A stretch of DNA of 62,028 nucleotides, counting the filler, from Basidiobolus meristosporus CBS 931.73 (taxonomy: Eukaryota > Fungi > Basidiobolomycota): the NCBI GenBank assembly GCA_002104905.1. It is 4 parts of 4 records of this genome, joined end to end, with 100 filler letters (N's around TTAATTAATTAA, not from the genome) between each part and the next. Parts side by side here need not be neighbours in the genome. Positions count along the whole stretch, not along the records: positions 17,982 to 38,636 come from MCFE01001001.1; positions 38,737 to 48,957 come from MCFE01001305.1; 2 more parts are not named here. One strand, written 5' to 3'. The position numbers and the translations under genes were made by a program. The notes beneath the pieces are model-generated. The model was given only the letters and a program-made list of their open reading frames with translations, searched no databases and was not told the DNA's origin. This document shows, piece by piece, positions 29,431-41,319 of this stretch (positions within the stretch are counted from its first letter, which is position 1; the number at the start of each line of letters is the position of its first letter).

Positions 29431-31560
29431 TGTTGTAAAAATTTGTAATTCCACCTAAATATCTACCTAGCTTAGTCACTTAGATCATTACCTTCAAATT
29501 CAAAAAAGTACTAACCAAATTCCTTGTTGGGATTTACTTGGAATATTCTCACCAAAATACCAGATGCCCAGATCATGAAAACTCTCAAAGTTTTCCAAAA
29601 AGCCCCAAACTTTGCACACATGTTCTTGGGACCTTCCTTAACCTACTCTACATATTTGTAATGTCAAGACCATGTAAAAGTATAAGTACTACTTTTCATT
29701 CAATAAATCATTATATTAATACTACATACTCCACTTGTCCTCCCAATCACCCCCAATATCTCCAGGACTCTTACAATAGAAAGTGCTATGGTTGGTTGCC
29801 CTCTTGAATTCTACAAAATTGCTCCTTGACAGTAAAGAAAGGTGTATCCTGTGGTAGATCATCTGTCTTCAAAATTCTGTCCCCAATCAGCATCAGAATA
29901 TCCCACAAGATCCTGTCCTCAATCCTTATAAGTGTATCTTAGGCAGATATCAGCAGTTCCTTTTAGGTATCTAAGTATCTGCTTAACTGCTGCATATGAT
30001 CAGATCCATAGCTCTGATTATGCTGGCTGACAACTCCCACTGAATATGAGATATCTATACATTTTCCAAGCATGATATACATCAGACTGTCAACTGTAGA
30101 CTGATAAGGAAAGTCAGGGCTTTCAGATGGCATCAAACTCTCTTGATTTGGTTGAGTTATGACCAAGTTAAGATTTGTCTCCATTGGGGTAGCTGCTGGT
30201 TTACAGTCTTTTATTTGGTTCTTTTTTTGTGTATCTTGAATATACTTGGATTGGCTTAGGGCAATATGCTGGGTACTTATGTATATGGAGAACATTATCC
30301 CTAAGTAAACCTTGGATGAGTAACTTAGAGCAGGATATGAAGCAGCTGAATATATGGACACCCATATTATTCAGACAAGCTATGAAGACCACTAGAAGGA
30401 TAAGTGCTATACTGGACATAAGACCTTTTATTTGGTTGTAACTGCTGCAGAGCTAGGGTATCAAAGTATTGACCCAAAATGACAGCACACATCCCAATAG
30501 AGCACTTTGTAGTTCTACTCAATTGAATCATTGTATAGATATAGACTAAGCATAGGACATCTAAGAATATTTGGGGATACAGCATATGACACAAAACTGC
30601 CTGGGGATTGGCAAAATCTGAGCCAAAAGTATAAAATGCATATTTTTGGCTAATGCAATGAGAGTAAAGTATAGAGGCTCTACAATTCCATATCAAAGAA
30701 GCTGATCAAGTCCAAGGCTTGGCTGTTTGATATGAATTAAATATTATCACAAAAAATGTTTACAGATGACGACAAAAATCTGCTCTTACATCCACCAATA
30801 GTCAGGATAGAATTACAGTAAAACAGTGAAGACTGTTTCATTCCTGTGGAATCTACACCCATGATGCAGCCTGAGTCAGTGCCCAGGAGTAGCCCAGATG
30901 TAATCATTCCAGTAGCACAAACCAGGAGATCTAACTGGACCAAAAATAGCCCAAAGTACTATATTGATGAGGGTAAAAACTTAGCCTATGCCTCCTCTGT
31001 CCATATTGGTGGGCAGCAGACTGTAAAAGAGGCCCTAAATAGCTCCCAGACAAAGCTTTGGAGATCTGCAATGACAGAGATATATCAGACCCTGATGGAT
31101 AATCACACTTAGGTTGTAGTTGAATTACCAATCAACCGGAAGCCCATTGCATGCAGAAGGGTCCTTATGACAATACACAGGGCTGGTGACACAGTTGAGA
31201 GATACAGAGCAAGACTTGTGGCCAAAGTCTACTCTCAAACAATAGAACTAAACTGTCCTGAGACCTTTGCACTGGTAGACAAGCCTAAATCCATCATATC
31301 AATACTGACTATTGCAGCCAAAATATGTTCTTTGTACTTCAAGTAGATGTAAAATTGCATTTGTGAATGGAGAGCTTGTGAGGATGTGTATATATGTCAG
31401 CCAGATGGGTTTGCTGATCAAGATAACCCCCACTTGATCTACAAGCTTAAAAAATCCAAATACAATTTCAAGCCATCACCAAGTGCCTGAATTGCAAGAT
31501 AGATTTTTATTTAAAATCTTAGAGTTTCAAAGGGAGTAATGCTGACTACAATATATACTA

Positions 31561-32164
31561 GACTTATTCCATTGGATAGGGCCACATTGAGCCATGAGTG
31601 CCAAATGATGCCATAGTGTGCCAAGGAGGCTAAGTGAGCCTATACTTGGCCACAGGGTGTAAAACATAGCTTTGCTTCTTCATGCAAAGTGACCCCTGTG
31701 TTTCACCCATTGTGCTGGAGAAAATCCATTTTTTGACCTTTTTTTGGATCAATGTTGTGCAGGATGTGTAAGACTACATTTAAATATCAGCCCTAAAGTA
31801 AAACCAATATAAAGCACTTATAGTGCCAGATTGTACCAGTGGACCAAGATACTGCCATGCATTTTTGTAACATGATACAAGCCACAGGAGCTAAATCCAG
31901 AGTGCCATGGGTACTGAGTACCAGATGCATGTCTTCAGTTCTTCTGTGCCCTTTCACATCCTGCACAACATTGATCCAGAAAAAAAGGTCAAAAAATGAA
32001 TTTTCTCCAGAACAATGGGTTAAACACAGGGGCTGCTTTGCATAAAAATGAAGAGTAATGTTTCACGCTCCGTGGCCAAATTTAGGTCTGCTCTGCCTTT
32101 CTAGCATTCAATGGCACTATTTGGCATCCATGGCTCAATGTGGCACTATCCAACAGAACAAGTC
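31561..32164. mobile_element. Foldback MITE copy 1 (left arm internally deleted)
   Basis: Inverted termini GACTT..TTGGATAGGGCCACATTGAGCCATG / CATGGCTCAATGTGGCACTATCCAACAGAACAAGTC, flanked by TA. Confidence 0.8.
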
Positions 32165-32202
32165 TACAATAAGCCAGATGTAGTAAATGTGGTTAGATTA
32201 TA

Positions 32203-32934
32203 GACTTGTTCTGTTGGATAGGGCCACATTGAGCCATGAGTGCCAAATGATGCCATAGTGTGCCAGAGAGGTCAAGTGAGCCTACACTTGGCCACAGAGT
32301 GTGAAACATAGCTCTGCATCTTCATGCAAAGCAGCCCCTGTGTTTCACCCATTGTGTTGGAGAAAATCCATTTTTTGACCTTTTTTTGTGGATCAATGTC
32401 GCTCAGTATGTGTAAGAGCACAGGAGAACTGAAGATATGCATCTGGTACTCAATACCCATGGCACTCTGAATCTAGCTCCTGTAGCTTGTATCATGTCAT
32501 AAAAATGAATGGCACTATCTTGGTCCACTGGTACTTTCGGGCACTATATTTAAATATTAGCCCTAAAGTAAGATCTATACAAAGCACTTAAAGTGCCAGA
32601 TAGTACCAGTGGACCAAGATAGTGCCATTCATTTTTGTGACATGATACAAGCTACAGGAGATAGATTCAGGGTGCCATGGGTATTGAGTACCAGATGAAT
32701 ATCTTCAATCTGCTTGTGCTCTAACATATCCTGCACAACATTGATCCAAAAAAAAAGGTCAAAACATGGATTTTCTCCAACACAATGGGTGAAGCACAGG
32801 GGCTGCTTTGCATGAAGATGTGGAGCTATGTTTCACACCCTGTGGCCAGGTAGAGGCTCAATTGGCCTCTCTGGCACACTATGGCATCATTTGGCACTCA
32901 TGGCTCCATGTAGCACTATCCAACAGAACAAGTC
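32203..32934. mobile_element. Foldback MITE copy 2 (arms of about 345 bp, spacer of about 42 bp)
   Basis: Left arm 32203-32547 is the inverted complement of right arm 32590-32934. No ORF. Confidence 0.85.
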
Positions 32935-34617
32935 TTATCTCTATGTGTGAAGGATCATTAGCCATCAATAATCTAGAAACATTGGAAGAGACTAAATCTA
33001 GCTTATCTAAAGAGCTCATCCTTACAAGTGTATCTTTGCAGGTATCAGCAGTTTCTTTTAGGTATCTAAAAATTTGCTTAACCACTGCAATATGCTCAGA
33101 CCCATTGTTCTGATTATGCTGTCTAACAACTCCCAATGAATGTGAGCCATCTAGACATGCACAAAGCATGATATAAGTTTAGCTGCTAATCATAGATTGA
33201 TAAAGAAAGTCACAGCTATCAGATGGCACCAGGCTCTCTTGATTTGGTTGAGTTTTGACCAAGTTAAGGTTTGTCTCTATTGAGGTAGCTGCTGGTGTCT
33301 ATTCTTTCATTTGGTACTTGTTTAGTCCATCTTGAATATCCTTGGATTGGCTTAGGGTGATGGTCTGGGTACTTCTGTCTATAGAGAACTTTATCCCTCA
33401 GTACTAACTGAGTTCTCTTAGATTGTAAATCTTGAACCCTTTAGATAGGCCAGATTTAGTCTCTCCCAACATGTCTAGGTGATTGGTAGCTATAATAAGA
33501 TTATCCACATATAGGGCTAATAGTATACACTATAGTTAGCGTTGTAGTGGGGTGACAATGACACCCACTGACAGATGTGCTCATTCCCTTATTTTCTACT
33601 TCCCTATATCTCTACTACACTTATTTTAGTTTTATCCCATTTGTCTTACCCAATCAGTACTATCCCATAAGCCGGTTGACTATCACACCTGCTTACCTTA
33701 TTGCATAAGTTACCCCTCACTTTATGTAAGATTACTAGCTATAAGTACTTCTATATTAGGCAAGTACCCGCGCCAGTACCCGTGACACATGATCAGCCCG
33801 TGTCACCATCCCTACCATTTCCATACCATATATGGTATCCCCATGTTGCACAGGTTTCAGAATACTGATTCCTGATTGGTTGGATGTGCTGTGCCTCTTA
33901 GAACCTTCCGGCACCTACTTAGAACATTCTTAGGTCATTCTGATGTCATTAAGATTTCTATTGAACTCCGGAACCTTCTGGAACACCATGATTAGTAATC
34001 ACTTAGCCAGTGAGAAAAGTATATAAGGGAGGCTATCCCTCAACAATAAATCATCATCCCTTTTATCAATATACCAACTTGTTGATTAGTGTGATCACTG
34101 CTACCTGCTGCTAACTGAACTTCCAACCCTAGACCACAGGACACTCCCAGGAAACCGCGCTGACAGCCAACTGACCTTGGAGGCACTACTTGTGAGGAAT
34201 ACTCAGAGTAGGTATCTTTTATTATATTTGATTCTTTCCCAAGTTTGTTCTTGTACAGGCAAAGATACTTTTCTGTCTTTGTAACTATTGACCACAGCTG
34301 CATTCTTATCAAGTCCCTGCTGGTGGAGTTTACAGTTGTTTTGACTTTGGAAGCTTTAGTACATTGTCATCTCAAAGGATGCTGAACCCAGCACATACTT
34401 TTGTTAAGACGCCAACTAAGTTGGGGATTGTAGCTCAATAGTTTTCCCTTGACAAGCTTGTGGCTTTATTCCCCTTCACATTAGATTAGAGACAGAACCC
34501 AAGTATTCCTAGCAAGCTTTTGCCAGAGGTTATCGCACCCAGTGAACACCCCACACACAAAACACTTGAGAAGTGTTGGACGTATCTCTCCCTTGGACCT
34601 ATACACCACCGCATATT

Positions 34618-34635
34618 TGGCACCCAACGTGGGGG
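34618..34635 (+). promoter_or_regulatory. Primer-binding site, tRNA-Lys(CUU)-like
   Basis: TGGCACCCAACGTGGGGG versus the known Lys1,2 PBS TGGCGCCCAACGTGGGGC (16/18). Confidence 0.75.
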
Positions 34636-34754
34636 GTTCATACAAGCTCCCTAGGACCCAACAAGATTTACCTGAAGATTTGAGCTGTTATTCACCTATT
34701 GAAAAGAGACTACCGATATTACCAAGATTACAACACCAACATACCTGCCCAAAA

Positions 34755-37700
34755 ATGAACTCTATGCCATTACCACTCTCACATGGAGCCCCACAGTTTG
34801 ATGGAAAGAATGTGGAGAGCTTCATATTCAAATGGGAGAAGCTCTGCAAGATGTGCAGCCTATCTGAACAAGAAATGGCTGAAGACTTCCCCTACTACTG
34901 CACCGATGATATTACCACTAAGCTTCTCAGACAAGGAGACATTCTCACTGACTGGGCCTTAATGAAGACCTACCTACAGACCGAGTATGGTAGACCCCAG
35001 ATATACTATGGAATTGAAGATCTCAGGCACTTTGGAAGAACTGGACTTTCCAAGCTACCACTTGAAGAGTTCATTCAACAGTATGAAGATATGGCCAAGC
35101 CACTCCTAGAGTCCCAGGCTATAACTGAGTTTACCATGACACTTTACCTTGCACAAGGGCTTCCCCAGGACTTGGCAAGGAAAGTTGACTTACATGCTGC
35201 CAAGGATGACAAGTCTGGCATTCCTTGCTTTGCAGAAATGAAACGTGTTCTCCTAGAGGCAAAGCAAACTTCTACCTTTATGAGACTCCTGACATCTAAT
35301 CTGCCAGACCAGTCAACCAAGGAGCCAAGGAGTGCTGCTGCTGACAATCAGACCTACACTACCGACAGAATTGACCAACTTGCTGAACAGCTACAAAAGC
35401 TAGCCCTCAAGATTAATGGCTCAGCTGAGGTTGCTACTGAGGGACAAAGACCTTTGCCCAGGCACTGCATCTGGTGTGACTCTACTCAGCATGCCAGACA
35501 AGAATGCTCAGAGCTTAGCCAGCTACTCAGAGAAGGAGCAGTACAGTTTGATGCTGATGGAATGCTTGCTGACAAGGAAGGAAGAAGGATTCCCACTAAT
35601 TTCCGAAGAGGAGGGATGAGAGCCCTTTTCCAGAAATCTGACTCAGCAACCAGAAAGATTACTGTTGATGCCCCTATTGGGACTCATAAAGTGAATTCAA
35701 GCAGCTCTGACAACAGACAATATGAAGTTGATGCCTTTGCTACCAAAAGACACCTCCCTGAAGAACCTGCCAAACCCATCCTTAGAAGACCACGATTTGA
35801 AGAACCTGAAGTTGTTATTGACAAGAGGCCTAGTATGCTGCCCACCCAAGATCCATTGCCTCACTTTCAGATGACCTCAAAGATAGCAAGCTACTCAAGC
35901 CCTCAACTGATTACTGAGAAGCTGCTGAAGCAGAACCTCACTTTGTCGGTTAGAGAAATCATGAGTGTATCCCCATCTGTTAGGAAGACCTTTGATGAGC
36001 AGCTTAGAACAAGACAACAAGCTGTTGAACATATGGACACTCATATAATTCAGACAAACCATGAAGACCACCAAAAGGATGACAACACTACTGAATATAA
36101 GACCTTCTACTCAGTTGCAACTGCTGTGGTGAAAGGGTATATATATGATGACCCTGTTGACTGCCATATTGACAGTGGCTCAGAGATTTGTGTTATGCCG
36201 CTAGACTTCTGGAAGACACTTAAAAGCAAGGAGCTACTGCCTGTTGATAGAGATATTGGATGGAACATGACTGATGCAAACTCAGGATCTAGTCCACTCT
36301 ACGGTGTAGTGCACAAGTTCCCTATTGAGGTACAAGGAATCAAGGTCTGGCTTCCCCTCTTCATCTGCCAGAAGGCAAACTTTGACCTTCTGCTAGGTAG
36401 ACCATGGGAAACCAGTACTAAGGCTACAACTACCAACTATTCCGATGGGTCAGTATGGTACACCATACAAGGATCCAATCCAGGACTACAGTCAACCTTC
36501 TGTGGTGTAACACCCAACAATAAGAGGACACATACTGCTTGCCAGAAGGCACATCTTGTTATGGAAGAAGATGAAGAGCCTGACAATATACACCCCAACA
36601 TTTGGAGCTGCTCATTAGGTATACAGGAGCAAACAGCTATGGTTCGAACAAAATACAAGACAGTAGAACAGAAGATTAGACCATCACTTACACCTTTGAC
36701 TGATGGATCTCGACCTGCTGATTACATTAGACCACCAGATGAAACACCAGATGATATACGACTTACACCTGAGAGACTTAAGCAACTTATCATTGGTGAT
36801 GGAAACCTTTCACCAGAGGAGATACTATTATTTAAGGAGACCTTGAAAAGGCATGATAAGGTCTTCTCATATAATGACAAGGAGATGGGACTCTTAAAGA
36901 CGTCGGTTGAAAAACCCATCAAGATTCATACAGTGCCCCACACACCCTGGTCATTTAAGCCTTACCCACTGCCCAGAGGACTCCAAGCTGATGTGCATGA
37001 CCTACTTAAGAAGAAGATAGAAGCTGGTATCCTAGAACCTTGCCATGGACCCTATGCTAACAGATGGTTTGTGACCAAAAAGAAGAATGGAAAGCTCCGA
37101 TTCATTCAAGACATGCAACCTGCAAATGCTGTCACTATCAGAGATGCTGCTATACCTTCATCTATTGATGACTTTGCAGAAAGCTTTAGTGGCCACTCCA
37201 TCTACTCAACATACGATCTCTACTCAGGATATGACCAGATTCCCCTTGATGAGACATCAAGAGATATGTTTGCACTACAGACACCATTTGGACTATTAAG
37301 GATGACAAGACTCAGCCAAGGGGCTACAAACTCCGTGGCTCAGTTCCAGAGATGCATGGTGAATGTGCTATACCAGTTTATACCTGAGAAACTTGCTGTC
37401 TTTGTGGATGACATAGGCATCAAAGGATCAAAATTCCGGGACACCACTGAAGTTATGCCTGGAGTAAGAAAGTTTGTGTATGACCATATTGCAGACAATG
37501 ATGCCATATTAGGAGCCATTGAAGAAGCTGGACTCACCATCAGTGGTGAGAAAAGCAGCTTTGGTGTATCAGAGATATCCATTGTTGGACAAAAATGCAA
37601 CACCTTTGGTCGCTCACCTGGAGATTCCAAGACACAAAAGATATGCAACTGGCCTACCCCCACAAATCTAACACAAGCTCGTGGCTTTGTGGCAGCTTGT

Positions 37701-38570
37701 GGGTTCTTTAGGATCTGGATCCCAAGATTTTCTGAGATAGCAGAACCAATCTACCAACTACAGAGAAAGAATACCCCATTTATCTGGGGAGAAGAGCAAG
37801 AAGAAGCCATGCAGTTACTGAAAGAGGCCTTAGTATCTCCACCAGTTCTAAGACCTCTTGACTATCAAAACACTGAATGCCCACCTATTTTGATAGTGGA
37901 TGCAAGCCCTATAGGAGCTGGAGCACTACTTGGACAAGATGATGAAGATGGCAACCGCTATGCCTGCAGATATGAGAGCTGCCTATTCTCTCCTAGAGAA
38001 CAAAGATACTCACAGATTAAGAGAGAACTACTAGGAGTTGTGAAGATGCTGAGGAAACTGAAGTCACAACTCTACATGACACATTTTATCCTGGAGACAG
38101 ATGCCAAGCCACTTATAGGAATGATCAACAAGCCCGACCTACCTGATGATGCCACAAACCGATGGATGGCATGGCTGAAAATGTTTGACTTTGAGGTCAA
38201 ACATATCCCTGGCAAGACAAATGTTGTGGCTGATGCACTCTCCAGGAAGGGACCACAATTATTTGAAGACTTGGACCCTCACTTTGATGATATTATTGAT
38301 GCAGAGATCCGACAGATTGCCATCAAAGACCAAGAGAGAACTACCTGGAGTGTGATCAAGGAATATCTAAGGACACTTAAGAAACCTAGTTGGATGGATA
38401 TTCAGGAGTTTAGAAAACTCAGGAAGAAGGCATACCACTACTATCTTAAAGATGATCTTCTCTTTAAGCGAGTGAAGCCTGGACTTATGCCAAGAAGAGT
38501 AGTCACTACCCCTCAAGAGCAACTGAACATCATGGACAAGTATCCACCAAGGAGAACCAGGAGGACATAG
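34755..38570 (+). CDS. Gypsy Gag-Pol polyprotein (single frame)
   Basis: CIWCDSTQHARQEC zinc knuckle, IDSGSE protease, FVDDI RT, IVDASP/ETDAKPL/VADALSR RNase H. Integrase GHRG motif continues in a shifted frame. Confidence 0.93.
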   Translation: MNSMPLPLSHGAPQFDGKNVESFIFKWEKLCKMCSLSEQEMAEDFPYYCTDDITTKLLRQGDILTDWALMKTYLQTEYGRPQIYYGIEDLRHFGRTGLSKLPLEEFIQQYEDMAKPLLESQAITEFTMTLYLAQGLPQDLARKVDLHAAKDDKSGIPCFAEMKRVLLEAKQTSTFMRLLTSNLPDQSTKEPRSAAADNQTYTTDRIDQLAEQLQKLALKINGSAEVATEGQRPLPRHCIWCDSTQHARQECSELSQLLREGAVQFDADGMLADKEGRRIPTNFRRGGMRALFQKSDSATRKITVDAPIGTHKVNSSSSDNRQYEVDAFATKRHLPEEPAKPILRRPRFEEPEVVIDKRPSMLPTQDPLPHFQMTSKIASYSSPQLITEKLLKQNLTLSVREIMSVSPSVRKTFDEQLRTRQQAVEHMDTHIIQTNHEDHQKDDNTTEYKTFYSVATAVVKGYIYDDPVDCHIDSGSEICVMPLDFWKTLKSKELLPVDRDIGWNMTDANSGSSPLYGVVHKFPIEVQGIKVWLPLFICQKANFDLLLGRPWETSTKATTTNYSDGSVWYTIQGSNPGLQSTFCGVTPNNKRTHTACQKAHLVMEEDEEPDNIHPNIWSCSLGIQEQTAMVRTKYKTVEQKIRPSLTPLTDGSRPADYIRPPDETPDDIRLTPERLKQLIIGDGNLSPEEILLFKETLKRHDKVFSYNDKEMGLLKTSVEKPIKIHTVPHTPWSFKPYPLPRGLQADVHDLLKKKIEAGILEPCHGPYANRWFVTKKKNGKLRFIQDMQPANAVTIRDAAIPSSIDDFAESFSGHSIYSTYDLYSGYDQIPLDETSRDMFALQTPFGLLRMTRLSQGATNSVAQFQRCMVNVLYQFIPEKLAVFVDDIGIKGSKFRDTTEVMPGVRKFVYDHIADNDAILGAIEEAGLTISGEKSSFGVSEISIVGQKCNTFGRSPGDSKTQKICNWPTPTNLTQARGFVAACGFFRIWIPRFSEIAEPIYQLQRKNTPFIWGEEQEEAMQLLKEALVSPPVLRPLDYQNTECPPILIVDASPIGAGALLGQDDEDGNRYACRYESCLFSPREQRYSQIKRELLGVVKMLRKLKSQLYMTHFILETDAKPLIGMINKPDLPDDATNRWMAWLKMFDFEVKHIPGKTNVVADALSRKGPQLFEDLDPHFDDIIDAEIRQIAIKDQERTTWSVIKEYLRTLKKPSWMDIQEFRKLRKKAYHYYLKDDLLFKRVKPGLMPRRVVTTPQEQLNIMDKYPPRRTRRT

Positions 38571-38636
38571 AGGACGAGAAGCCAAATACAATACCACAGC
38601 TCAGAGGTACTACTGGGAAAACATGTACTATGATAT

Positions 38637-38736
38637 NNNNNNNNNNNNNNNNNNNNNNNNNNNNNNNNNNNNNNNNNNNNTTAATTAATTAANNNNNNNN
38701 NNNNNNNNNNNNNNNNNNNNNNNNNNNNNNNNNNNN
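38637..38736. other. Artificial contig spacer
   Basis: 44 N + TTAATTAATTAA + 44 N. Confidence 0.97.
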
Positions 38737-39460
38737 ATGGGATCCTGATGGCTGATCCAGATTGGATCCACCTGCAGGACCATATTATTTTTCATAGGGA
38801 CATGTCAAGGGAAAGGCATGGTCATACATACATTCAGAGTAGCCCTTGCTTCTTAGATGTTTGAATGTTTGCCATTAAATATATCTGGTAGGTTTGCGCT
38901 TGATTGATACTGAGTACAGTACTTTATAGCTTCACAATATTTGTTGGACTGCATGAGCTTCTTTTTATGTGGTATTACCAGAATGTATCCTGAGTGTGAA
39001 TAGTGTCTTCCCCCAATGGTGGTGGATTCCAGACAAGTTGGACATCTTGCAAAGGTGGCATTCTCTGATGTGAGTGCCATGCAATTGTTAACACATACTG
39101 GTGTCAGGACAGTCTCCGGGTCATATGTTGCAGCCACATGATGGCTTTCCATTTATACCATGTAAATGGTAGGTTGCATCCCATAATGATTTTGGCAAGG
39201 AGTAGCAATAAGTCCTCAAAGCCACCATTACTGATATTAGTGTAAATGCACCACTTCTCTTGCCACAACATTGCATCATTTACCAGTAGATGTATTACTA
39301 GGCTAACTTGACTCCATAAAGTATCCTTGGAATTTTTTTCCACAGGTGTTATCTCATTGAATAATGGGATTTTGCCAGGCTCATGGAGGGTACTATTGTT
39401 AGGGAAGATAGGCTTACAATCCATCAGTGAGCCTGCTTCTTCAGAGCTATCACCCTGCAT
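38737..39460 (-). mobile_element. CACTA-like transposase N-terminal relic
   Basis: VCVNNCMAL...RCPTC...DIFNG pattern in ORF 38853-39152. Confidence 0.5.
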
Positions 39461-41319
39461 GCCATATTCAGAAAGCTGGGGTGAGCTAAAAGGTGTTACA
39501 AACTCTCCTGATTCAGTTTACACCAGGTGACAAGTACAGCAAGATACCATTATAGAAGTATCAAGAGGCTGGCAAGATATTGTTGGTACAGTAGTAACTG
39601 CTGCATGGTTAAATATGGCTTGTGTGGCAAAATACTGGCCGTGATCCTTGTAATACTTCCTATGCTGTCTGCATGCTACATGGCTGAGAGGCTGCTACAA
39701 TTGCCACATGGTCTTTTTTCTCTTCTCTTATGGCATTGAATCAAAGTAGTATGGTCAATGGGGCAAATAGTATGACACTCAACAACTTAATGCTATTATA
39801 TCACTTTTTAATCAATACTCATTTAAATTAAGCAGCCTTGTATCTGAGACATTGCACCTACATGAATGTAGGATTTAATGATAACCAGCCATAGTAAGTA
39901 TTATAGATAAAGTTGTGGTACCACATACACACATATATACAACATCATTTCCCCTTTGGCTTAACTCACTTCCATATTTACGGCACCAAACAATAAAGCA
40001 AAGTTGTCTGGTTCCCAACCAATCCCAACTACTGACAGCAGCAGAAGAACAGTTGGACAACAGCTTGCTTTGACATTCAGTGCAACAAGCAGGGCTACAT
40101 CCAAAAAAGGCCATGTTGACAGTGTGCCCACCAAAGGTAATAATGCGGACTCCTCAGGCTCTCACTCAAGTAGGCAGTTAGGAATCTCTGCAGGACCATA
40201 AGCTGATCATATTGCTGAGGCTGATGAGAATGTAGCAAAAGCAGTACCTTGAGTTGAAGACCAGCAAGTGGCTGTCACAATATCATCACCACTTGTATTA
40301 GCAAGTATGTGGTCAGCTCATACCAAAGCAGTAATGAGGCAATTAAGTGCAGGGGCTGATAGGATAGATGCAATGGCCCTGAGAAATCAGTAAATAGTCC
40401 TGAAACAGGAGAAGCAGATAATGTATGTAAAGTAAACAATATCCCAGGTAGAGAAAGCAGTATCTTTGCCACTAAGAAGGAACTCAAGTAGCTCAACATC
40501 ATAGCCAAGAATTGAGCCACTTCCCAGTGTAACAGCAGAGGAACACTGCACAGTCTTTGAAGCACAACAACAGTGCCTAAAGATAAAGCCCACAGAAAAC
40601 TCATCACAGCATGGGATGGAGAAAATGTAGTGTTTATACCATAGCCTAAATATTAAAAGTCATGGAAGATCAGTGAAGCTACTGAGTGCAATGATCAAGA
40701 GTTGGCTAATAATCAAGAGGCCATTAGAAGCCTAGCACACCAGTACCCTAAGGCTGGCATACCATGGGACTATTAGAAGCTAATGGCCAAGAGGAATGTG
40801 CTTGACTTGCTCCATGAGCATTATCATGGATTCAAACAAGCAAAAAGATTTTGGGCAAGCATTGGTAGGCTAAGAAATTCTCTCAGAAATAGCAGAAACT
40901 ATCAAAGGTAGAAAAACAAGGTTGCAATGGCTAGGAACAAGTAGCTTCCTCAGTAGCCTGCTACAAGCAGGGCCAAAAGCTCTAAACAAGCATCAAAGTG
41001 GCATCAGGTAGCTGGAAGAGTGTCAATAAGGGAAAAGCAGGCGGACACAGATGCACCAGGACAACATTTACCTAGTAAAGTGTAATTCTACTCAAGAGGC
41101 ACACAGCCACAGTAGCAGTGAAGGACCTGGCAGTGATAAACATAAGTGACTACCTCAGGAGCCCATCACAGCGTGGGCTGAGAGCTTGAAACAAGCAGGA
41201 AAGATGCATAAGGTTGCCTGCAGAGTGCCATCAAGGGACAAGCAGGCCAAAACAGATGCATCAGAGCAGCATTTGTCAAGGAGAAAATGTAGTTCAATAC
41301 AAGAAGTACTCAGACAAAG

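Larger units (their letters stand above)
29431..33520. mobile_element. Scrambled copia relics (LTR 29431-29778, pol fragments on both strands) interrupted by two MITEs
   Basis: Similarity to the copia RT, RNase H and integrase segments elsewhere in the window. Confidence 0.8.
33543..38636 (+). mobile_element. Ty3/gypsy LTR retrotransposon, 5' LTR to start of integrase; truncated by gap
   Basis: LTR at about 33543-34613, PBS, then a long gag-pol ORF. Confidence 0.93.
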
